The notes beneath the pieces are model-generated. The model searched no databases. It was not told where the DNA came from and worked only from the letters and a program-made list of their open reading frames with translations. 64,000 nt of DNA. It comes from a virus. This document shows, one piece after another, positions 9,722 through 17,248 of the stretch. Numbering within the stretch: position 1 is the first letter of the stretch; each line of letters starts with the position of its first letter. Where the stretch lies: positions 2,481 to 66,480 of the IMG/VR virus record IMGVR_UViG_3300049027_000111. One strand, 5' to 3'. Both the position numbers and the translations under genes were made by a program.

Positions 9722-9973
9722 CCATCGGCGCGTATTGACGCGCGGCGCCCCGGAAGCTGCCGACCTCCGACCGCCGGCCGTAGCTTCGGGCAGCCGGTTG
9801 CCGCAGGGCTGGAGGCTGTCCCTCCCAGCCTCGCCCGTCCAGAAAAGCCGGCCCAGTCCCCTGCGGGGACAGCTTCCCGCCGTGCAGCGTCGCCACACGC
9901 TCCGGCCGGGCACCGACGCGGTCGGCGGGGCTGCCTCCCCCTGCCGGCCGCGTCACCTTCCCGGAGATCGTTC

Positions 9974-11269
9974 ATGAGCATCCTGCGTGAGCGGGCGTCG
10001 GCGCTGGCCGACGTCCTCGATCGGCATGCCCAGGCCAGCGCCGCCCTGATCGACGCGCAGCTCGCCGTGCATCGCGGCATCGAGCTGCTGGCCGAGGCGG
10101 TCGACCAGACCGAGGCCCAGGTGCAAGCCCTCAACGACCGCCTGGCGCAGCCGCCCGTCGCCAATGGTCCTTGGGGTCCTGGCGAGCGCTCGGGCCATCG
10201 GTGGTGGTCGGGCGTCGCCTTTCGCGGCACGATCCCGCCCTTGCTCGCCTTCGTCCAGGGCCCGCGCGCCGGGGTCAAGATTGACCTCGTCCAGGTGTTC
10301 AGCCCCGGCAACGCAGGCTTGAACGACAGCTGGGAGCACATCGCGGGCGGACCCGGCGACGACCCGACCAAGCTCGACGGCACGCTGACCATGACCCGCG
10401 GCAGCAAGCAGGCGGCGGTCATCTGGGCCGACCCGCTGGTCGGCGGCCTGCCGGTCGCCTACACCATCCGGCCGATCCCGAGCTGCGCCAGCAACGAGGA
10501 CGGCAAGAACCCGGCGGTGTGGGAGGAGATCGCCAAGGGCGAGCATGACAGCGTCTACCGCATGCTCGGGCGGCGCATGGCCCACCTCGACCAGAAGCAC
10601 AACCGCACGGCGCCGCTTATATTAGAAATTGGTCATGAGTGCAGCGGGGGGTGGTATCCACATAGCATTGAGGGTGCCTTGCCCGACGGGCGGTTCGTCT
10701 GGCAGATCTTCCCGGGCGCATGGGCCCGCATCGTCGAGGGCATCCGCCAGGGCTACCTGAGCCTCGGTGGCAAATACTGCCCCTATCTGTTTGTCTTCCG
10801 GCCGGCGCGCGGCGTGCTCGCGGGCGGCGTGCGCCTCGACCGCTACCTGCCGCCGCCGGGCACCTGGGACGCCATAGGCCTCAGCCAGCACGACAACGCG
10901 CCGATGTGCTCGGCGGCCAACCCGCGCGCCTGCTGGAGCCCGAGCGTCCGCAAGGACGGGACCGTGGAGATGGAAGGCCTCTTGCTGCTCGCCGAGATCG
11001 CCGACCGGCATCGGCGCGCCATCGCGATTTTCGAGTGGGCCGGCTACCCGCCGGACACCGCCACCGTCTATCCTGGCAACCCGGAGGGCGAGCGGTTCGT
11101 CGCGGCTTTCTGGGACTTTTGCCGGACCCATAGCCATTTGATCGCGGCCGAGTGCTACTTTGACAGGGGCGCGACGGGTTTTGCGGAGCGCCCGGACTGG
11201 TCGGCGTCCATCGCCTACCGGGCGCGTTGGGGCGCGCCGCAGGCCTGGGTGCCGGGTGCCGGTGCCTGA
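9974..11269 (+). CDS. GH26-like glycoside hydrolase with N-terminal coiled coil
   Basis: 'ILEIGHECSGGWYPH' (acid/base HE), 'WDAIGLSQHD', 'IAIFEWA' (nucleophile). Confidence 0.7.
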   Translation: MSILRERASALADVLDRHAQASAALIDAQLAVHRGIELLAEAVDQTEAQVQALNDRLAQPPVANGPWGPGERSGHRWWSGVAFRGTIPPLLAFVQGPRAGVKIDLVQVFSPGNAGLNDSWEHIAGGPGDDPTKLDGTLTMTRGSKQAAVIWADPLVGGLPVAYTIRPIPSCASNEDGKNPAVWEEIAKGEHDSVYRMLGRRMAHLDQKHNRTAPLILEIGHECSGGWYPHSIEGALPDGRFVWQIFPGAWARIVEGIRQGYLSLGGKYCPYLFVFRPARGVLAGGVRLDRYLPPPGTWDAIGLSQHDNAPMCSAANPRACWSPSVRKDGTVEMEGLLLLAEIADRHRRAIAIFEWAGYPPDTATVYPGNPEGERFVAAFWDFCRTHSHLIAAECYFDRGATGFAERPDWSASIAYRARWGAPQAWVPGAGA

Positions 11270-11385
11270 TACCGTCGCGATCCTTCTCGGTGTCTTGGTG
11301 GCTTGCGGGGCGGTGGCGATGGTCGCCTTCGTCAGCGCTGCGGTGATCCTGCTGCGGAGGGCGCGCGGGATCAGGAGGGGCAAGA

Positions 11386-11646
11386 ATGCCCGAGCGGACA
11401 ATGTTGCAGTTTCTAGCGAGGGTCGAGCTCGTCAACGCGGTCGCTGCCGTGGCGATGACCATCGGCTTGGTGGTCGCCTGCTTCCTGCTCGACGCGAGCT
11501 ATCGCCGGCTGGGGGTGATGCAGGCGCAGCTCGAGCAGCGCAACGCCTTGGGTGCTCGGGCGCTGGCCGAGCTGCAGCGACAGAGCGACCAAGGGGCGGA
11601 AAGCCTGAAGCTCCTGCTTGAGGCGGCGCGGCGCCTCGGGCGCTGA
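11386..11646 (+). CDS. Small membrane protein
   Basis: GGAGG RBS, one TM helix plus coiled coil. Confidence 0.5.
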   Translation: MPERTMLQFLARVELVNAVAAVAMTIGLVVACFLLDASYRRLGVMQAQLEQRNALGARALAELQRQSDQGAESLKLLLEAARRLGR

Positions 11647-11660
11647 CCCCCGCCGCGAAG

Positions 11661-12059
11661 GTGCTTATCGTTGAGGACGAGACGATTATCGCCCTGATCC
11701 TGGAGATGACCCTCACGGGGGCCGGGATCGAGGTGTGCGGCGTCGCCGGTTCCGAGGAGGAGGCCTTGCAGATGGCCGCGATCTGCGAGCCGACGCATGC
11801 CATCTGCGACGTGCGGCTCGCGCCCGGCGACGGCCTGACGGTGGCGCGCGAGCTGCAGGCAAGATACCACTGCGCGATCGTGTTCTCGACCGCCTACGCC
11901 CACGATGTCTGCCACAAGCCGGGCCTGCCGCCCGGTGTGTGCCTGGGCAAGCCCTACGACCCCGCGCTTCTGCTCGCGGCCCTGCTCGCCGCGCGCGAGA
12001 TCGCCGATGGCCAGCCGCCGTCGAAGCTGCCGCACGGGGCGGTGATCGTGGGGCCTTGA
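11661..12059 (+). CDS. Single-domain response regulator (REC)
   Basis: 'LIVEDE', phospho-Asp 'ICDVRL', 'VFSTAY', 'GKPY'. Confidence 0.85.
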   Translation: MLIVEDETIIALILEMTLTGAGIEVCGVAGSEEEALQMAAICEPTHAICDVRLAPGDGLTVARELQARYHCAIVFSTAYAHDVCHKPGLPPGVCLGKPYDPALLLAALLAAREIADGQPPSKLPHGAVIVGP

Positions 12060-12092
12060 GGGGCAAAGGCAGCCCCACGGCAGCCCGTCACG

Positions 12093-12130
12093 GAGCCCCG
12101 GCCGGAAGCCCCCGGCCGGGGCTCTTCGTG
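12093..12130 (+). terminator. GC-rich hairpin, probable terminator
   Basis: GAGCCCCGGCCGG...CCGGCCGGGGCTC then TTCGTGTT. Confidence 0.5.
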
Positions 12131-12164
12131 TTCTACGGGCGAAGCCTAAGACGGAGGAGCGAGC

Positions 12165-12401
12165 ATGGACGATCAACAGCCCACCGGCTGGCGCGACATC
12201 GAGACAGCACCGACAGACGGCACGCCGGTCTTGGTCTTTGCCCAGGACTTGCAGGAACCGCCGCCCGGTGTGGATGGCAAGCTGCCCTCCTTCCAGGCGG
12301 TGGCGAGCTACCACCCTGATGCCGGGTGGTGCGTCTGCGAGTTGCGCATGGCAACGCACTGGATACCGCTCCCCGAGCCACCGCCCGGGGCCAGCGCGTA
12401 G
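12165..12401 (+). CDS. DUF551-like phage protein
   Basis: 'WRDIETAPTDGTPVLV...ATHWIPLPEPP'. Confidence 0.8.
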   Translation: MDDQQPTGWRDIETAPTDGTPVLVFAQDLQEPPPGVDGKLPSFQAVASYHPDAGWCVCELRMATHWIPLPEPPPGASA

Positions 12402-12493
12402 ACCCGTCTCCTGCGGGCGAAGCACGCGGCAGGCCGCGCGGCACATTGCTGCAGTGCAGCATAAACCTCTGGGAAGGTCGGCGGCGCGTCCCC

Positions 12494-12847
12494 ATGTGGG
12501 AGATGAACCCGCACGGATTGATTGGACCCATGCCTCCCTTCCGCCACCGCGACCGACTGGAGCAGCGCCTGCTGGGCCTGGGCGAGCGCGTGGCGGAAGA
12601 GGATGTGCCCGAGGATCTGCGGTGGTTCACGTGGCGGCCGGAGACCCAGCGCCTCTACTGCTGGTCCTGGGCGGTGCGCGACGGCTGGCTCTGGGGCCGG
12701 CTGCACGATCAGGACGGCGAGGGCGGCGTATGGCGCGTGCCGATCTCCGGCGCGGTGCGGCAGGCGCTGCGGGCGATCGGCCGCCACTTGGGCGCGGGCA
12801 TCACCCTGGTCGCGGCGCGCGTCTGCCTGTCCGTCGCCGACGCCTGA
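12494..12847 (+). CDS. Hypothetical protein
   Basis: Trp-rich plausible ORF converging on the exonuclease gene. Start uncertain. Confidence 0.45.
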   Translation: MWEMNPHGLIGPMPPFRHRDRLEQRLLGLGERVAEEDVPEDLRWFTWRPETQRLYCWSWAVRDGWLWGRLHDQDGEGGVWRVPISGAVRQALRAIGRHLGAGITLVAARVCLSVADA

Positions 12848-12866
12848 CCGCTGCGGGCGAAGCCGC

Positions 12867-13457
12867 CTACGGCACCAGCCCACGGCGCGTGAGCTCGGCG
12901 AAGATGTCGGCGGCGGCCTGACAGTCCGACATGGCGTCGTGCGCCGTGCCCGGCATCGGCCGCCCGAGCAGGTGCTGGTAGCTCTCGCCGAGCTTGGGCG
13001 ACTTGAACCAGTCCCGGCCGGTGGCGAGCATGGCCTCGGTCGGCGGGATGGCGCACAGGTCGCGCGTCGCTGCCATGGTGCAGAAGGCCGGGAGGCTGTC
13101 CCAGTCGCGGACCAGCCGGCCCAGGGCGATGCGCAGGACCCGGCTGTCGAACGTCTCGTTGTGCGCGACGCGGACGTGCGCCTGCGCGGCCAGGGCCAGG
13201 AACCGCCCAAGCGCCTCCGCCTCCGGGATACCTTCCTCGAGCGCCCGCTCCATGCTGATGCCATGCACCCTCGAGGCCGCGGCCGGGATGATCCACCCCT
13301 GGGGACGGACGATCACGTCGAGCTCGTCGAGCTGGCGCCAGCCGCTGTCGAGCAGCAGCGCCGCGAGCTGGACCGGATGCGGCTGCGCCGGGTGATCGTC
13401 CGGGAGCTCGTCGCGCAGGAGGGCGTTGGTCTCTAGGTCATAGACCAGGACGGTCAC
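12867..13457 (-). CDS. DEDDh (DnaQ-like) 3'-5' exonuclease
   Basis: ExoI 'VYDLETN', ExoII 'VAHNETFD', ExoIII 'AHDAMSD'. GTGA coupling to the upstream gene. Confidence 0.9.
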   Translation of the reverse strand: MTVLVYDLETNALLRDELPDDHPAQPHPVQLAALLLDSGWRQLDELDVIVRPQGWIIPAAASRVHGISMERALEEGIPEAEALGRFLALAAQAHVRVAHNETFDSRVLRIALGRLVRDWDSLPAFCTMAATRDLCAIPPTEAMLATGRDWFKSPKLGESYQHLLGRPMPGTAHDAMSDCQAAADIFAELTRRGLVP

Positions 13458-13945
13458 GCCGGCCTCGCCAGGGCGGCCACCATCGCCTTGAGATCGACGA
13501 TCGGCGACACCGGAGCGCGGACGATCGCGTCGACCGATTTCCGGCTGGCCAGGGTCTCCACCGCGCTGGCGACCGCCACCACCGCCTGCTGCCGCGACTT
13601 GTCGACCGGCGGCAGGGCCTCGTAGTCGCGCACCGACAGGGTGATCCGTCGGGTCCGGCGGGCGGCGGAGCGCACCGAGGCCAGCGAGCGGCTGCCATGC
13701 ACCACCGTCTCGGTATCCTCGAGGGCCTTGAGGCCGACGCGGATGATGGTCCCGAACACCAGCTGGTGGTCCCGCATGACGATCCTGCGCGCCTGCGCCA
13801 GCCGCGACCGGCCCGGCTGGTCGGTCACGCTGAACCCGACCCGAAGGGCGATGTCGTCGTAGGTGGCCGTGGCGCCGATCGCCACCTGCCGCAGCAGATC
13901 GATCAGCATCCGGGTCTCGGGCTGCGGGACGGCGTTCACGGGCAT
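13454..13945 (-). CDS. Hypothetical protein, possible winged-helix N-terminus, candidate accessory of the array system
   Basis: AAGGA RBS directly after the last array tail. 'LIDLLRQ...TYDDIALRVG...SRLAQARR...VFGTIIRVGLK'. Confidence 0.65.
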   Translation of the reverse strand: MPVNAVPQPETRMLIDLLRQVAIGATATYDDIALRVGFSVTDQPGRSRLAQARRIVMRDHQLVFGTIIRVGLKALEDTETVVHGSRSLASVRSAARRTRRITLSVRDYEALPPVDKSRQQAVVAVASAVETLASRKSVDAIVRAPVSPIVDLKAMVAALARPA

Positions 13946-13960
13946 GTGGGGATCCTTGGT

Positions 13961-14700
13961 GAGAGGACGTTGCCTGGTGCTGAGGCGCGATGTGACGGGC
14001 TGCGCTGCGGCGCGGCGCCCTGGGGCGAGGAGCGCGGCGCTGTGGAAAGAGGACGTTGAGGTGAGGAACGCTGAGTTGAGGTGCGGCGCGTAAAGTAGCG
14101 GCACGTCGGGAAAGGGCTGGGAAGAGGACGTTGCGAGGCACGGCGCCGGGGCGCGGGGTGCCGGGTCGCGGAACGAGTTGGAGCGCGGCGCGAGGCTGCG
14201 GTGCCGCGGGAAGCTCGCTGTGGAAAAGAGGACGTTGCGGAACGGAGCGGCGCGCGAGGTAGCGTGGCGCTGAGCGAAGCAGAGGAGATTTGCGCAGCGG
14301 CGGAAAAGGGGTCGGAAACAGGACGTTGCGTTGTGCTGCGCCATGCGGCGAGGTGCTGCGGCGAGGCACGGTAAGGAGCGCTGCTGCGGCGCGGTGGTGT
14401 GGCGAGTGGCAGGCCGAGGCCTGCGAGCCCGAAGGCTCCTCGAGCGGCGGACGGGCTCGGGGAGGCCTCGGATGGGGACGTTGCCGGGAGAGGCGTAGAG
14501 TAGCGCGACAGGGAGAATCGCTGCGGTACGGTGCGACACTCGCCAAGGAAAAGAGGACGTTGCCGGGAGAGGCGTGGCATGACGGGTCGTGTGGATGCGG
14601 CGAGCCGAGCCGGGACGAGCGGACGTTGCGGCGCGGCACCATGCGGCGCGGGTCGTGAAGCGGCGTTTTGTGGTGCGGAGCTGCGCCAAGACGCGGAGCG
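13961..14700 (-). ncRNA. Pentamer-periodic array 1 (8 units), putative guide-RNA array
   Basis: GACGTTG (+) at 13966, 14052, 14127, 14231, 14322, 14477, 14556 and 14622, each preceded by a purine tract and followed by NN-G(C)G pentamers. The repeat structure is directly visible. RNA function is inferred. Confidence 0.8.
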
Positions 14701-14715
14701 GAACTCACCAGTCGA

Positions 14716-15276
14716 TCAGGCCCACGTGACCCGCTCGACCACGAACCTACCGTAGTAGCCGCCCTGTCGGGGACGGAACCGGCCGACCCCGACGAACGAG
14801 CCGGCCTCGCGCAGGTGCTCCTCGAACACCGGCGGGGTGACCGTCTCGTCCAAAATCACGAAGCTGGCCTCGACGACCCAGTCCTCGGGGATCTTCGGGA
14901 AGCAGCGCCAGACCCGCTTGCCGGAGCCGCGCACCCCGTTGGCGTGGACGTAGAGCCACTCCCCTTCGACCTCGTCCTTCCGCAGGCCGAGGGGCACGGG
15001 CTCGGTGCAGAGCAGCCCGGCCTCAAAGTGCTTGGTGTAGGTCGACTTGCCACGACCCGGGATCTGCCGGCCGGTCATCTTCGCGGCTTCCGACACCGAC
15101 CACTTCAAGGCCATCGGCGGGATGAACACGTTGCCCTTGCCGTCGAAGTGCAGCTTCTCGCGCCATGTCCGCTTCTCCCAGTCGTCGGGCCCCTCCTTCT
15201 CCAACCGGGGGGTGACGTGCATGCGGGATTGTGACATGGGCGAGACGCCGTGAAGGCGGGCGATGGCGGTTCTCAT
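14716..15276 (-). CDS. Stand-alone Cas7/RAMP-like protein (186 aa)
   Basis: GGAGGA RBS. N-terminal strand 'ARLHGVSPM', 'VFIPPMALK' (cf. RAMP 'IPGSSLKG'), terminal G-rich loop 'AGSFVGVGRFRPRQGGYYGRFVV'. Confidence 0.75.
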   Translation of the reverse strand: MRTAIARLHGVSPMSQSRMHVTPRLEKEGPDDWEKRTWREKLHFDGKGNVFIPPMALKWSVSEAAKMTGRQIPGRGKSTYTKHFEAGLLCTEPVPLGLRKDEVEGEWLYVHANGVRGSGKRVWRCFPKIPEDWVVEASFVILDETVTPPVFEEHLREAGSFVGVGRFRPRQGGYYGRFVVERVTWA

Positions 15277-15291
15277 GGGGGTCCTCCTGGC

Positions 15292-15580
15292 GGAAAAGAC
15301 GTTGGGTCGAGCTTCGTGGCGACGCGCAGCGCAAGGGCGGGGCGCGGGGCGTAACGGCGGGGAAAGGACGTTGAGTCGAAGGGCGACTTGGTTCGATGCG
15401 CGATGTGGAGAAGAGAAGAGTGGAGGGAACAAGAGAAGACGTTGAGTCGAGTCGCCTGGCGGCGCGGCTTGTTGCGCCAAGTTGCGCCACGGCGGGAAAG
15501 GGGTGGAAGAGAAGACGTTGGGTCGAGTCGCCTCGCGATGCGGCGCGGCAAGACGTGAAGCGAAGCGCAGCGCTGGGACA
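15292..15580 (-). ncRNA. Pentamer-periodic array 2 (4 units), putative guide-RNA array
   Basis: GACGTTG(A/G)GTCGA (+) at 15298, 15367, 15438 and 15514 with the same purine tract and 5-nt periodicity. Confidence 0.8.
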
Positions 15581-15588
15581 GGGTTCGC

Positions 15589-17247
15589 TCATGCCGCCTC
15601 CTGCCGCTTGCCGACCTCGACCAGACGGTCCTCGACCAGCCGCCAGGTCGGCACCCCGGCGGCCTGCAGCCGCTCGGCCGCAGCCGCGGGCGCCGTGAGC
15701 AGGAGCAGGGTCGGCACGCCCGAGGCCCGCACCGCCGCCAGCACCCCGTTGCGGTTGCGGGTGTCGAGCACGTCGAGCCCGTCGAGGATGCACAGCGCCG
15801 ATCCATCGGCGCGGGCGACCGCCAGGGCGAGGAGCGCGTCCACCAGCCACTGCTCCGACTGCGCCAGGGCCTCGGCCGCCGCGTCACCGTAAGCGATGCC
15901 AAGGTCATCGGGCTGGACCTTGACCATCGGGCAGCTCGCCCGCCCGCACAGCTCGGCCAAGCTGTCGTTGAGCGCCCCGAGCCGGTCGCCGAGCTTGGCC
16001 TGCCGCGCCCCGGTCGGGTCGGCGAGGTCGGCGAGACGGAGCAGCGTGTCGAGCTCGTGGTGCAGCCACCACGCCTCGGCCTTGGTCCGGCGCTCGGCCA
16101 TGGCGGCCTCCAACGCGGCCAGCCGCTGCTCGGCGGCGGCCAGCCGGCCCTCGTCCGCGGGCGGCTCTTGCGCCAGAAGCCCGGCGGCGCGTTCCGCCTC
16201 CTCGACCTGGGACCGCAGATCCTTGGCCTGGACCAGCAGCTCGCGTGCGGCGGCGAACGCAGCCTCGGCCTTGCCCTTCCATGCTTCGCCGGTCTTCTTG
16301 TCGACCGTCGCCGCCCGGGTCGGCTTGCGCACCGGATCCGGTGTCTCCGGCCACAGCTCGACCAGCGCGGCGCAGTGCGGGCACTTGCCCCGAACCCGGG
16401 CGAACGCGACCGACTGCAGCTTGTCGCGCCAGCCCTCGGCCTCGCGACGGCGCTCCTCGAATTCCCCATCGATCGCCGAGCAGGCTGCGCGCCGGGCGTC
16501 CAGGGTCTCGGCCAGCCGCTCAAGCCGCGCCCGCTCGTGGGCATCGACCGCCCCGACCTTCAGAGCGGCATCACGCTCAGCCGTCGCCTGCGCCAGCTGG
16601 GCCGCGAGCTCATCGGCGGCCTGCTGCCGCGCGGCGCCGTCCTCGGGCCCGAGATAGCGCTCGGCCGCCCGGCGGCCCCAGGCGCTGCCCGTGAGCTGCT
16701 GCCAGGCACCCTTGCGCTCGCGGGCGCGGTCGCGCAGCTGCACCGCCGCCGCGTCCCAGCCGTGTCGCCGGATCATCGCCCACGCCCCGGCGACGGCCGC
16801 GTCGTCCTCGATGCCGAGGAAGCGGCACGCCCCGATCCATTCCTGCTGGTCGGGCTCGCCACCGAGCGCTGCCGTGAGCGCCGCCGCGCGCTCGGCCGGC
16901 GGCAGGCGGGCCGGACGGATCAGACCCGTGGCGATCCCCGAGGCCTCGGGCGGCTCGCCCGACAGCTCCATCTGCCCCTCCGGCCAGACGATCCGCACCG
17001 AGCCCTGGCTGGTGAGCAGGTGCGCCTGGGCGGTGTCGCTCGCCGGGCCGACCAGCGAGGCGCGCTGCCTGGCGCTGAGCCCGAGCCGCGAGCTGCGGCA
17101 CAAGACGGCGGCCGCGATCAGGGCCAGGGTCGACTTGCCGGCACCGTTGGGGCCGACCACCACGGTGAGCTCGCCGAGCGGCAGCTGGACGTCGCTCAGG
17201 GTGCGGCAGTTGTCGGCGCACAAGACCATCTGCCCGGCGGCGGCCAT
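15589..17247 (-). CDS. Rad50/SbcC-like ABC ATPase
   Basis: Walker A GPNGAGKS, coiled coils with CPHC hook, degenerate signature LAQSE, Walker B 'CILDGLD'. Confidence 0.8.
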   Translation of the reverse strand: MAAAGQMVLCADNCRTLSDVQLPLGELTVVVGPNGAGKSTLALIAAAVLCRSSRLGLSARQRASLVGPASDTAQAHLLTSQGSVRIVWPEGQMELSGEPPEASGIATGLIRPARLPPAERAAALTAALGGEPDQQEWIGACRFLGIEDDAAVAGAWAMIRRHGWDAAAVQLRDRARERKGAWQQLTGSAWGRRAAERYLGPEDGAARQQAADELAAQLAQATAERDAALKVGAVDAHERARLERLAETLDARRAACSAIDGEFEERRREAEGWRDKLQSVAFARVRGKCPHCAALVELWPETPDPVRKPTRAATVDKKTGEAWKGKAEAAFAAARELLVQAKDLRSQVEEAERAAGLLAQEPPADEGRLAAAEQRLAALEAAMAERRTKAEAWWLHHELDTLLRLADLADPTGARQAKLGDRLGALNDSLAELCGRASCPMVKVQPDDLGIAYGDAAAEALAQSEQWLVDALLALAVARADGSALCILDGLDVLDTRNRNGVLAAVRASGVPTLLLLTAPAAAAERLQAAGVPTWRLVEDRLVEVGKRQEAA

Positions 17248-17248
17248 G

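Noticed and set aside
13946-14708. Long N-terminal extensions of ORFs 12867..14708 and 13454..14689, and other ORFs over the arrays
   Set aside because: The translations are R/A/P-rich with recurring NVLF/ATSS/QRPL from the tail in three frames. Real starts with RBS or coupling lie at 13945 and 13457.
13961-15580. Canonical CRISPR array
   Set aside because: The constant part is only about 7-15 nt and not a full palindromic repeat, spacing is irregular, the 'spacers' have internal 5-nt periodicity, and there is no cas1/cas2.
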